Part shown: positions 30,090-39,211 of the stretch, piece after piece
How the letters are laid out: each line of letters opens with the position of its first letter
How positions within the stretch are numbered: the stretch's first letter is position 1
Assembly (NCBI GenBank): GCA_046085985.1
Contig: JBJSWS010000206.1
Location: 7,389 to 71,388, forward strand
Origin: Actinomycetales bacterium
GTDB lineage: Bacteria > Actinomycetota > Actinomycetes > Nanopelagicales > Nanopelagicaceae
Reading direction: 5' to 3'
DNA length: 64,000 nucleotides
Notes under the pieces: generated by a model
Database searches by the model: none
What the model saw: only the letters and a program-made list of their open reading frames with translations
What the model was told of the DNA's origin: nothing
Program-made: the position numbers and the translations under genes

Positions 30090-30884
30090 TCACTCTACTT
30101 TTCCAACAGTGTTTACGCCTGTTAAAAATTCTTCAATTTTTTCCTTCGGACTGTTGGCTCGAACCAGCGCCTCTCCGACCAGAATTGCATCCGCACCTAG
30201 ATTCTGCGCAGTAACGACATCCTTAGTATCGAAAATTCCTGACTCTGCGATACGAATAATCTGGTTAGGGATTAACGGTATCAACTGCGCAAAGACTTCT
30301 GAGTTAATTTCTAGAGTCTTCAAATTTCGTGAATTAACGCCAATCATCTTTGGGTCTATCGCTAAAGCACGCTCTAATTCATATTGATCGTGAACTTCAA
30401 TTAGAGCAGACATTCCCAAAGCCTCTGCAATTTGAAAATAGTCCTTTAATTGATGATCATCAAGAGCTGCCACAATCAATAAAATTAAATCAGCACCGTA
30501 CGCCCGAGATTCTTGAACAAGGTATTCGCTGACCATAAAATCTTTACGTAAGATTGGAATATCGACAGCTTCTCGAACTTCCATTAAATCAATTAGAGAA
30601 CCCTTAAATTTGCGTCCTTCTGTCAGAACGCTTATCGCGGTAGCTCCACCCTCCTGATAAATCTTCGCCAGAGCCGCTGGCTCTGGAATCTGCGCCAGTT
30701 GACCTTTGCTCGGCGAAGATCTCTTGATCTCTGCAATTACTGAAAATTCTCTACTCTTAAATTTTTCTAGCGCTGATATTGCTTTCGGAGCGGCAGCTAT
30801 TTTCTCGGCAAGTTTTCCTGGGGTTAGCCTGCGAGTTGCCTCATCAGCCTTTACTCCTTCGATTATTTGTAATAAGGCGCTCAT
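30090..30884 (-). CDS. trpC: indole-3-glycerol-phosphate synthase
   Basis: 264 aa with motifs [13 protein letters not shown] and ILRKDFM. The start overlaps the trpE stop as TAATG. Confidence 0.93.
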   Translation of the reverse strand: MSALLQIIEGVKADEATRRLTPGKLAEKIAAAPKAISALEKFKSREFSVIAEIKRSSPSKGQLAQIPEPAALAKIYQEGGATAISVLTEGRKFKGSLIDLMEVREAVDIPILRKDFMVSEYLVQESRAYGADLILLIVAALDDHQLKDYFQIAEALGMSALIEVHDQYELERALAIDPKMIGVNSRNLKTLEINSEVFAQLIPLIPNQIIRIAESGIFDTKDVVTAQNLGADAILVGEALVRANSPKEKIEEFLTGVNTVGKVE

Positions 30885-32395
30885 TACAATTTCCTTAATT
30901 TGTTGGCAGAGGAAATCGCTCCAAGTACTGCAGCAGCTTTATTTAGACATTCTGCATCTTCATTTTCAGGCGAAGAATCTGCTACAACACCAGCGCCCGC
31001 CTGAACGTAGGCTTTATTGCCTTTGAGAATTGCGGTTCTGATTGCAATGCAGGTGTCTAAATTTCCAGTGAAGTCCAGATACCCAATAGCGCCACCGTAT
31101 ATTCCTCTTCTTGAATTTTCTTGTTCTTCAATTATTTCCATCGCCCGTGGCTTAGGTGCACCAGAGAGAGTTCCTGCTGGAAAGACCGCATACAACGCAT
31201 CAATCGGTGCTAATTCTTTCTTTAGCTCACCTGTTACCGTTGAAACGATATGCATAACATGTGAATATCTTTCAACCTGCATAAATTCGACGACGTTTAC
31301 TGTACCTGGCTTGCACACTCGTCCTAAATCATTTCTTCCCAGATCTACCAACATCAAATGTTCTGCCCGCTCTTTTGGATCTGAGAGGAGCTCCTCGCCT
31401 AGGCGAATATCCTCAGCTGGATCTAATGCACGTTTACGAGTTCCTGCTATTGGATGAACCATCACTTCACCGTCAGTGACTTTTACCAGTGCCTCAGGGC
31501 TTGAACCAACAACACTTAGACCATCGGCAAATCTCAACAAGAACATATAAGGACTTGGATTATGTAGTCGTAGCATTCGATACACATCATATGGATCTGC
31601 TTGATTTTCCATTTCAAATCGCTGTGAAAGCACGACTTGAAACGCTTCACCACTTTTAATCTTTTCCTTAATTTTATTGACTTTTTGACAAAATTCAGTG
31701 GAAGTTGTTTTACGGTCAAATTCTGCCGGTGCTCTATCATCTAAATGAGTTAGCGGACTTATTAAAGGTTCTTTTAACAGATTTTTCATATAAGAAAGTC
31801 GTTTTAAACCATTTTCGTAAGCTTCGTTAACCCGCTCTTTAGAGCCATCCCAATTTATTGCATTTGCGATTAACGTAACTGAACCTTGTAAATGATCATA
31901 AATTGCCAGATCTGTTGTGAGCATGAACGCCATCTCTGGAATTCCAAGTTCATCTTCATTTAAGTCTGGAAGATTCTCTAGTCGACGAACGCAGTCATAG
32001 CCAAGATAACCAACAAGTCCACTAGTCAACCTTGGCAAGCCGGCAATTCGCGGAGTTCGTAAATGTGAACCAGTTATTGCAAGTGCTTCCAGCGGGTCTA
32101 TTCCAATCGGTGCCCCTGCCGGTGGCGTGCCAATCCAATCGGCGACACCGGACTTTTCAGTTAAAGTCGCTTGACTAGAGACTCCGATAAATGAATACCT
32201 TGCCCAACTTCCACCGTGTTCTGCCGACTCCAACAGAAATGTATTTGCTGCATGTTTTGTTAGTTTGGAGTAAAGCGTTAATGGAGTTTCACTATCGGCA
32301 AGAAAACTCTCAGCAATCGGAATTACGTTGTAACTTTCCGCGTATTTCTTAAATTCTTCTAAAGAGATCGGAGTCTGAACGGTGCTGGAAAGCAT
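30884..32395 (-). CDS. trpE: anthranilate synthase component I
   Basis: About 503 aa with chorismate-binding motifs (GTLSGAPKPRAMEII, GGAIGYLDF). I prefer the ATG at 32395, which forms a TAATG overlap with the priA stop. The ORF track extends to a GTG at 32407. Confidence 0.9.
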   Translation of the reverse strand: MLSSTVQTPISLEEFKKYAESYNVIPIAESFLADSETPLTLYSKLTKHAANTFLLESAEHGGSWARYSFIGVSSQATLTEKSGVADWIGTPPAGAPIGIDPLEALAITGSHLRTPRIAGLPRLTSGLVGYLGYDCVRRLENLPDLNEDELGIPEMAFMLTTDLAIYDHLQGSVTLIANAINWDGSKERVNEAYENGLKRLSYMKNLLKEPLISPLTHLDDRAPAEFDRKTTSTEFCQKVNKIKEKIKSGEAFQVVLSQRFEMENQADPYDVYRMLRLHNPSPYMFLLRFADGLSVVGSSPEALVKVTDGEVMVHPIAGTRKRALDPAEDIRLGEELLSDPKERAEHLMLVDLGRNDLGRVCKPGTVNVVEFMQVERYSHVMHIVSTVTGELKKELAPIDALYAVFPAGTLSGAPKPRAMEIIEEQENSRRGIYGGAIGYLDFTGNLDTCIAIRTAILKGNKAYVQAGAGVVADSSPENEDAECLNKAAAVLGAISSANKLRKL

Positions 32396-33129
32396 TATCT
32401 GCTGCACACTCCTAAAGCCTCGGGGAAAGAGAGTTCGCCTTCGTAAAACGCTTTGCCAATTATGACGCCTTCCAGGCCATCTCTGGCTCGCGAACGCAGG
32501 TTCTCCAATTGAACCACGCTTGAAACCCCGCCTGACCAGATGATGGGCCGCTGCGTTAAATCCAAAATCTCATCTAATAACGCAAGGTTTGGACCTGTTA
32601 GCGAGCCATCCTTATCTACATCAGTAATCACATATCTTCGAGCACCTAAATCATCTAGCTGCTCGATCATAGAAGCAAAATCGCTTATCAAAATATTGCT
32701 ACCCCTGGCTAGCAAATCGCGACCACGAATATCAAGTCCTATTACCAAACGCTCGCCATATTTATCTAAAGCTTTGCCAATCCAATTCATATCTGCCAGA
32801 GCAGTCGTGCCGATATTTGCGCGAATACAGCTAGTTGACATCGCAAATTCCAAAGAATCATCATCTTTGATTCCACCTGACAGCTGAACGTTTAACTTTA
32901 AATCATTAATCAAATCAAAAAGTAATTCACGATTGTTGCCAGATTCATATGCAGCATCTAGGTCGACCAAGTGCAGCCACTTTGCTCCCATTTCGAAAAA
33001 CTTTTGAGCAACTTCAGCCGGATCAGAATCCGAAGTTTCGGCCGCAGCTTGACTCATTGAGATTCGAACAGATCTTCCGCTCTTAACGTCGAGCGCAGGC
33101 AGAAGATCTAGTTGCTCAAAAATGGACAT
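32395..33129 (-). CDS. priA: HisA/PriA-type (beta-alpha)8 phosphoribosyl isomerase
   Basis: 244 aa with motifs LLPALDVKSGRSV and ITDVDKDGSLTGPN. Lies immediately upstream of and overlapping trpE. No other his genes are in the window. Confidence 0.8.
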   Translation of the reverse strand: MSIFEQLDLLPALDVKSGRSVRISMSQAAAETSDSDPAEVAQKFFEMGAKWLHLVDLDAAYESGNNRELLFDLINDLKLNVQLSGGIKDDDSLEFAMSTSCIRANIGTTALADMNWIGKALDKYGERLVIGLDIRGRDLLARGSNILISDFASMIEQLDDLGARRYVITDVDKDGSLTGPNLALLDEILDLTQRPIIWSGGVSSVVQLENLRSRARDGLEGVIIGKAFYEGELSFPEALGVCSR

Positions 33130-33170
33130 TCGCTAAGTCTAGAGAGTGTCTTCGATTAGGCGCTCTGAGT

Positions 33171-36100
33171 TTAAACCAAGCAATCTGGACCGAGAATCGA
33201 CTTTAAGTCTGCACTAAGTCCCGGAGATGCGGTAATTCGAAGTCCATCATCTAATCTGAAGGTCGTTTCCTTGGCTCCGCCCTCAATACGTAAATGAACT
33301 TCTCTAGTACCAGGATGTGATCTCAATATTTCTTTCATGCGGTCTACGACTGGCGGGGTACATCTCTCAGCTTCTACTTTAATAATGAAAGGACCAATTG
33401 GCGCTTGATTTATATCTGGCAAAGATAAATCCATTGCGGCTACTCGTGGAGTCTCTTCTCTCTTATCAATTCTTCCTCGAATTGCAACAATTCGATCTTC
33501 AATAAGATTTAGCGCATGCTGTTGATAAGAATTCGAGAAGAATAGAACATCTATCGCACCCTCAAGATCTTCAATGGTAACAATTGCCCAAGAAGAACCC
33601 TGGCGACTTACTTTTCGTTGAACATTGGTGATTAGTCCTGCAATCGTGACAATACTTTCGTGCTGAATACCATCGTCGAAAAGTTGACTGATAGTTATAT
33701 CGCGAACACTTTTTAACACATGCTCTACGCCAAGTAGTGGATGATCTGAAACGTATAGACCTAGCATCTCTCGTTCATAAGACAATAAGAGGGGTTTATC
33801 CCACTCATCATCCGGAATATCCGTTGAAATTCCTGAGACGCTATTTGGATTACTGGTCTCACCACCGAATAGATCAAACTGTCCAATCGCTTCTGCTCGC
33901 TTTACTTCAGCAACAGAATCGATTGCCTCCAAATATATGGTCATCAAGCCTTTTCTGCTATGACCCAACGAATCAAATGCCCCCGCTTTGATTAAGGATT
34001 CAATAGTTTTCTTATTGCAGACCGTTGCATCTACTTTTGCCAAGAAGTCACCGAAAGAAGTGAACTTACCTTTCTCGGCTCGATTCTTTGCAATAGATGC
34101 GACAACATTTTCGCCAACATTTCGAACTGCTGCTAGTCCAAAACGAATATCTGTACCGATTGGCGTGTACGCAGCATCGGATTCATTAACATCTGGTGGC
34201 AGAACTTTGATGCCCATTCGTCTACATTCACTCAGATAAAGAGCTGTCTTATCTTTATCGTGCTGAACGCTGGTTAGTAGTGCTGCCATATATTCGGTTG
34301 GAAAATTCGCTTTTAAATAGGCAGTCCAGAAAGAAATTACACCGTAACCAGCGCTGTGAGCCCGGTTAAAAGCGTAATCCGAGAATGGAATTAGGGTCTT
34401 CCACAATTCTTCGATTGCAGCACTTGAAAACCCATTCTTAGACATACCTGCTTCGAAATGAACGTACTCTTTATCAAGAATTTCCTTATTTTTCTTACCC
34501 ATCGCTTTGCGGAGTAGATCTGCACGAGCTAAGGAGAAACCTGCGACCTTCTGCGCAATTGCCATAACTTGTTCCTGATAGACAATTAATCCATATGTGT
34601 CATCGAGAATCTCGCTTAAGGCATCTTGTAAATCAGGGTGAATCGGTTCGATTCGCTTGCGCTTGTTCTTTCGATCTGCATAATCGTTATGAGCATTTAC
34701 TCCCATAGGGCCCGGGCGATATAAAGCAATCACAGCTGAGATGTCTGCAAAGGAATCCGGAATCATGGATCGAAGAAGCGCGCGGATTGGCGCGCTATCT
34801 AGCTGAAATACTCCAAGGGTTTCACCTCGAGAAAGTAGTTCAAAAGTTTTCTTATCTGCCAAAGGAAGATCCTCAAGAACAACTTTCTTGCCTTGATTCT
34901 TTTCGATATTGGCGATGCAGTCATCTAGAACAGAAAGGTTTCGCAACCCAAGAAAGTCCATTTTTAGAAGTCCGGTTGCTTCGCATGCCCCCATGTCAAA
35001 CTGCGTGATAGTGGCGCCATCTGTATCTCTTCGATGAATTGGAATAACTTCCAATAGAGGCTCTCGGCTAAGAATCACGCCGGCTGCATGTACTCCTGGC
35101 TGTCGCTTTAAACCTTCAAGGCCTCTGGCCATATCAACGATTGTTTTGGCATCGGTATCTTCTTCGTAGATATTGCGAAATTCTTGTGCCTCTTGAAAAC
35201 GCTCATTCTCTTTATCAAATACTCCCGATAGGGAAATATCTTTACCCATAATTGAAGGTGGTAGAGCCTTCGTCAACTTATCCCCTAGTGCAAATGGATA
35301 ACCGAGCACTCGAGTAGCATCCTTGATCGCTTGTTTAGATTTGATGGTGTTGAAAGTAATGATCTGCGCAACGCGATCGTCGCCGTATTTCTCAATTGCG
35401 TATCGGATCATTTCGCCACGCCGTCTTTCATCAAAGTCCAAGTCGATATCTGGCATTGATATTCGATCCGGATTTAAGAAACGCTCGAATAACAATCCGT
35501 GCTCAATAGGATCTAGCGCTGTTATTCCCAAAGTGAATGAAACTAGAGATCCAGCAGCTGAACCTCTACCTGGACCGACGCGAATTCCTATCGATTTTGC
35601 ATACGCAACCAGATCAGAAACGACTAAGAAGTAGCCGGCAAATCCCATCTTGGTCATGACGCCTAATTCAAATTCCAGACGACTCGAGTAGTTCTCTGGG
35701 ACTCCATTCGGAAATTTCTTAGCAAGTCCAGCTCTTGCCTGCTTGATTAACCAAGTGCTTTCATCTTCACCATCGGGAACTGGAAACTTAGGAAGTAAAT
35801 TCTCGTTTTCCCGCAATGTCACATTGCAACGCTCAGCGATTAAGAGCGTGTTATCACACGCCTCTTCTAAGCCCTTAAAAATCTGACGCATAGTGGCAGC
35901 GTCCTTGAGATAAAACTCATCACTATCAAATTTGAAGCGCTTTGGATCGGCCAAGGTGCTTCCAGATTGCACTGATAAGAGCGCTTCGTGATGTCTAGCA
36001 TCTTTTGCGAACGTGTAGTGAAGATCATTTGTAGCTACCAATGGCAGACCTAGATCTTTCGCTAGCTTTAATAGATCGCTCTTCACTCGATTTTCGATTT

Positions 36101-36677
36101 CCAAACCGTGATCCATAATTTCAACGAAGTAGTTACCTGTTCCAAATATTTCTAGATATTTCGCTGCTGCGGCGCGCGCTTCGTTGTAAGCGCCCATTCT
36201 TAATCGAGTTTGAATCTCACCGCCCGGGCAACCTGTTGTGGCAATTAACCCGCTTCCATATTTTTCCAGTAATTCGATATCCATCCTTGGCTTGTAATAG
36301 AAACCTTCTAGCGATGCCAGTGACGATAACTTAAACAAATTTGATAAGCCTTCGTTATTTTCTGCAAGAAGTGTCATATGAGTGTAAGCGCCACCTCCGG
36401 AGACATCATCTTCTCCGCCATCAGCCCATCTGACACGACGCTTTTCAAATCTAGATTCAGGAGCAACGTAAGCTTCAATTCCGATTATTGGTTTAACTCC
36501 GGCCGCTTTCATGCTCTTATAAAAATCGAATGCGCCAAATACGTGCCCGTGATCTGTAATAGCAATCGCAGATTCGCCCTGCCGTTTAACTTCTTGCGCT
36601 AATTGATCAATTCGGGCAGCACCATCGAGCATTGAATATTCGGTGTGTACGTGGAGATGAACGAAACCCTTGCTCAC
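33171..36677 (-). CDS. dnaE: DNA polymerase III alpha subunit (replicative DnaE1)
   Basis: 1168 aa with an N-terminal PHP domain (FVHLHVHTEYSMLDGA), the palm motif MPDIDLDF and a C-terminal OB domain. Confidence 0.95.
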   Translation of the reverse strand: MSKGFVHLHVHTEYSMLDGAARIDQLAQEVKRQGESAIAITDHGHVFGAFDFYKSMKAAGVKPIIGIEAYVAPESRFEKRRVRWADGGEDDVSGGGAYTHMTLLAENNEGLSNLFKLSSLASLEGFYYKPRMDIELLEKYGSGLIATTGCPGGEIQTRLRMGAYNEARAAAAKYLEIFGTGNYFVEIMDHGLEIENRVKSDLLKLAKDLGLPLVATNDLHYTFAKDARHHEALLSVQSGSTLADPKRFKFDSDEFYLKDAATMRQIFKGLEEACDNTLLIAERCNVTLRENENLLPKFPVPDGEDESTWLIKQARAGLAKKFPNGVPENYSSRLEFELGVMTKMGFAGYFLVVSDLVAYAKSIGIRVGPGRGSAAGSLVSFTLGITALDPIEHGLLFERFLNPDRISMPDIDLDFDERRRGEMIRYAIEKYGDDRVAQIITFNTIKSKQAIKDATRVLGYPFALGDKLTKALPPSIMGKDISLSGVFDKENERFQEAQEFRNIYEEDTDAKTIVDMARGLEGLKRQPGVHAAGVILSREPLLEVIPIHRRDTDGATITQFDMGACEATGLLKMDFLGLRNLSVLDDCIANIEKNQGKKVVLEDLPLADKKTFELLSRGETLGVFQLDSAPIRALLRSMIPDSFADISAVIALYRPGPMGVNAHNDYADRKNKRKRIEPIHPDLQDALSEILDDTYGLIVYQEQVMAIAQKVAGFSLARADLLRKAMGKKNKEILDKEYVHFEAGMSKNGFSSAAIEELWKTLIPFSDYAFNRAHSAGYGVISFWTAYLKANFPTEYMAALLTSVQHDKDKTALYLSECRRMGIKVLPPDVNESDAAYTPIGTDIRFGLAAVRNVGENVVASIAKNRAEKGKFTSFGDFLAKVDATVCNKKTIESLIKAGAFDSLGHSRKGLMTIYLEAIDSVAEVKRAEAIGQFDLFGGETSNPNSVSGISTDIPDDEWDKPLLLSYEREMLGLYVSDHPLLGVEHVLKSVRDITISQLFDDGIQHESIVTIAGLITNVQRKVSRQGSSWAIVTIEDLEGAIDVLFFSNSYQQHALNLIEDRIVAIRGRIDKREETPRVAAMDLSLPDINQAPIGPFIIKVEAERCTPPVVDRMKEILRSHPGTREVHLRIEGGAKETTFRLDDGLRITASPGLSADLKSILGPDCLV

Positions 36678-36699
36678 GGTCGGCGAGATTACTCCCCGG

Positions 36700-37638
36700 C
36701 TAGGACTTAACGGCCAAAAGCGAGAGGGCGCGTTCTAAGTCTTTAGGGTAAGTAGATTTAAGGTGAATTCGCTCACCGGTTCTAGGTTGCAAGAATTCCA
36801 GCTCTATTGCGTGTAACCATGGGCGACGCAATTCAAGACGTTCGGCTAAGACGGGATCGGCGCCATAGGCAAGATCGCCGACAAGCGGATGTCTTAGCGC
36901 GCTGAAATGAACGCGAATCTGATGAGTTCTTCCAGTTTCCAATTCCACTTTTACTAACGTGGCACTCGGGAACAACTCAATCAGTGAAAAGTGAGTAATG
37001 CTGGGTTTGCCATCGGCGACGACAGCAAAACGATAATCTTCCTTTGGATGTCGACCAATTGGCGCATCAATAGTTCCCTCTGCTGGATCCATATGACCCT
37101 GAACAAGTGCATGATAAATCTTTGAAACTTTTCTTGCGCGAAATTGATCTTTAAGTTTTAAATATGAATCTTCATTCTTGGCAACCATCATTAAACCAGT
37201 GGTGCCAACATCTAATCTTTGCACAATGCCTTTTCGTTCCTCAGATCCAGAAGTTGAGATTCGAAAGCCCTTTGAGATTAGATCGCCGAGCACAGTTGGA
37301 CCCTTCCATCCTGGACTTGGATGTGCAGCAGTTCCGACTGGCTTATCGACGACCACTACATCTTCATCGTCGTAGACAATTGAAATCTCATTACTTATAA
37401 CTCTCGTAAAATCTAATGGATCGACTAGAGCGGGCATAGTTACTTCTATGCGATCGCCAGTTGAAACACGATCGGATTTAGCAAGTAATTTCTTTCCTTG
37501 CTTTACATCACCTGCATTAAGTAAATCGGCAGCAGAACTCCTTGAAAGATTTAGCGTCTTCGATAAGGCGACATCAACTCGTTCGCCGTCAAGGGAATCA
37601 TCTATCAAAACTTGTCGTTTCTCGCGCTCAGACATCAT
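36700..37638 (-). CDS. rluD: RluA-family 23S rRNA pseudouridine synthase (RluD-like)
   Basis: 312 aa with an S4 domain followed by the catalytic motif HRLDVGTTGLMMVAK (here QRLDVGTTGL). Confidence 0.85.
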   Translation of the reverse strand: MMSEREKRQVLIDDSLDGERVDVALSKTLNLSRSSAADLLNAGDVKQGKKLLAKSDRVSTGDRIEVTMPALVDPLDFTRVISNEISIVYDDEDVVVVDKPVGTAAHPSPGWKGPTVLGDLISKGFRISTSGSEERKGIVQRLDVGTTGLMMVAKNEDSYLKLKDQFRARKVSKIYHALVQGHMDPAEGTIDAPIGRHPKEDYRFAVVADGKPSITHFSLIELFPSATLVKVELETGRTHQIRVHFSALRHPLVGDLAYGADPVLAERLELRRPWLHAIELEFLQPRTGERIHLKSTYPKDLERALSLLAVKS

Positions 37639-38165
37639 GAATCCTTGCCATCAGCTTTTGCTATATGCGAGATATTAAATGCCGCCAGAATCGTCATCAT
37701 GATTCCAGCGCAAACAATCGCACTATCAGCCAGATTAAAGACCGGCCAATTTGGAAGTTCAATCCAATCGATTACCTCACCTCGCCACACGCCAGGTGGT
37801 CTTAGCGCTCGGTCATAGAGGTTTCCCAAGACACCTCCAAGTAAGAGAGCCAAGGCGGCTGCCCAGTACCTATTTGTTACTTGGCGGATAAAGAAGAAAA
37901 TAAACCCAACAACGGCAAGTTTGAGCGCGGAGAGAAGCAAAGTCGCATCTTCGAAGAAGCTAAATGCCGCACCCGGGTTGGTCGCATAAGTTAATTTCAG
38001 GAAGTTGCCAAGTATTTTTATGGGCTCGCTTCCCTGGAGAAAGTTTTCTGCCCAATTTTTTGTAGCAAGATCAAGCGTAAAAGTTATAGTTGAAATGAAA
38101 ATGAAAAGTCGTCGCGCGCTAATTGCACGTGACGACTTTAGCGGCGTTCTTCTTTCTGCTTGCAT
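37635..38165 (-). CDS. lspA: lipoprotein signal peptidase (signal peptidase II)
   Basis: 176 aa with four transmembrane helices and motifs LDLATKNW, NPGAAFS and FNLAD. Confidence 0.85.
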   Translation of the reverse strand: MQAERRTPLKSSRAISARRLFIFISTITFTLDLATKNWAENFLQGSEPIKILGNFLKLTYATNPGAAFSFFEDATLLLSALKLAVVGFIFFFIRQVTNRYWAAALALLLGGVLGNLYDRALRPPGVWRGEVIDWIELPNWPVFNLADSAIVCAGIMMTILAAFNISHIAKADGKDS

Positions 38166-39010
38166 GTCATGCAGAGAGTTGCTCGCGGGAAAACTTTGAG
38201 TCGAGCCTTACCGATCGGATTGCCACAATCTTCACAACGGCCATATGACTTGTTATCGATTCGCTCTAGTGCTCGCTCAGTCTGCAGAACCATATCTCTT
38301 GCGTTGTAGACCAGCGACATCTCATGTTCACGTTCAAAGGTCTTTGTACCGGCATCAGCTTGATCGTCTCCGGCTCCAACGCCCGACGCTTCGATTAGCG
38401 CATCCATCTCGCTCTCTACTTCTGCGAGTTCTTCTTTTAACCGGATTAAATCCTTTGCAAGTTCGGCTCTAATTGTCTTAAGTTCTGCTGCGCTCCAATT
38501 TTCAGTTCCTTCGCTAACTATCAATGGTGCTGGGGCAGCTTTAATCGGCTTAAGCGGCGCTGGTTTTTTACCCGGTTTAACTTTTCTAATTGGTGGCGGT
38601 AGGACTAGTCGTTTCTCTTCTACTACGACAACGCCGCTATCTTCAACTTCTGGTTTATAGACTGAAATCGTCGTTGCGCCTTTTGCAGTGCTACTGGTTA
38701 GTGCCGTCTTATGTTGACCTTTGATGATCTCAGTTGGGGCTTTTTTGCTAGCAAGTTTTGGCTTGCTGGTAGTCGGCTTCGTGTTTTTGCTGTTGCTCTT
38801 CTTAGCGTTTGCTTTCAGTAACGGAGATTTTTTGGCGGGAGAATTCTTGGCTGGAGACTTTTTGGCTGGAGATTTCTTGGCTGGAGATTTTTTAACAGCC
38901 GACTTCTTCGCAGGAGCCTTCTTCATTTTGGCTACCGCCTTCGCGAGCTTCTTTTTTATCGGCACAGCGCCGAAGGCTAGGGCTTTGCAGGAGCATTTGC
39001 CACTCGCCAC
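38138..39010 (-). CDS. DksA/TraR-family C4 zinc-finger protein with an N-terminal Lys/Ala/Pro-rich repeat tail
   Basis: The C-terminus has a coiled coil plus CEDCGNPIGKARL...CMTCKQK (DksA/TraR C4 finger). The N-terminal ~100 aa is AKKSP-type low-complexity sequence. The start is ambiguous: GTG 39010, GTG 38965 or ATG 38926. Confidence 0.7.
   Translation of the reverse strand: MASGKCSCKALAFGAVPIKKKLAKAVAKMKKAPAKKSAVKKSPAKKSPAKKSPAKNSPAKKSPLLKANAKKSNSKNTKPTTSKPKLASKKAPTEIIKGQHKTALTSSTAKGATTISVYKPEVEDSGVVVVEEKRLVLPPPIRKVKPGKKPAPLKPIKAAPAPLIVSEGTENWSAAELKTIRAELAKDLIRLKEELAEVESEMDALIEASGVGAGDDQADAGTKTFEREHEMSLVYNARDMVLQTERALERIDNKSYGRCEDCGNPIGKARLKVFPRATLCMTCKQKEERR
38817..38921 (-). repeat. in-frame 15-bp tandem repeat (about 7 units) encoding (A/S)KKSP pentapeptides
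   Basis: Plus-strand units: TTGGCGGGAGAATTC, TTGGCTGGAGACTTT, TTGGCTGGAGATTTC, TTGGCTGGAGATTTT, then two degenerate units. They lie inside the CDS at 38138-39010. Confidence 0.85.
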
Positions 39011-39037
39011 GATGGATTACAATTCTCTTCTGTAGTT

Positions 39038-39211
39038 CCGCGATGATCAGGCAATCACCTGTGAGCGAGTTGGAAGAAATGAGCGTTACGCTCACGTAGA
39101 ACCAACATTTTTTGAGCGGCTCAAATTGAGCAAGGCGGGTGGTACCGCGGTCTTTGATCGCCCCTCCAAGTTCCAACGAAAATATCGTAGGAAATGAAAT
39201 GGAGGTTGAGC
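39038..39211 (+). promoter_or_regulatory. T-box leader RNA of ileS (Shine-Dalgarno-sequestering, translational type)
   Basis: Conserved T-box core GGGTGGTACCGCG at 39137-39149, followed by helix GCGGTC-TTT-GATCGC. Anti-SD CCTCCA (39163-39168) is complementary to TGGAGG, which overlaps the SD (39200-39205). Candidate Ile specifier ATC-A lies at 39054-39057 in a hairpin loop, with a GATGA K-turn-like motif at 39042-39046. Confidence 0.75.

Noticed and set aside
38817-38921. The tandem 15-bp repeats as a CRISPR array or a non-coding VNTR.
   Set aside because: The units are directly adjacent with no spacers, and they are in frame within a long ORF encoding AKKSP pentapeptides. This is a coding low-complexity repeat.
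39194-39211. The upstream ATG at 39194 as the ileS start, as given in the ORF track.
   Set aside because: It would place the strong GGAGG (39201-39205) inside the CDS, and it has no SD of its own. The ATG at 39212 has ideal spacing and begins the conserved N-terminus.
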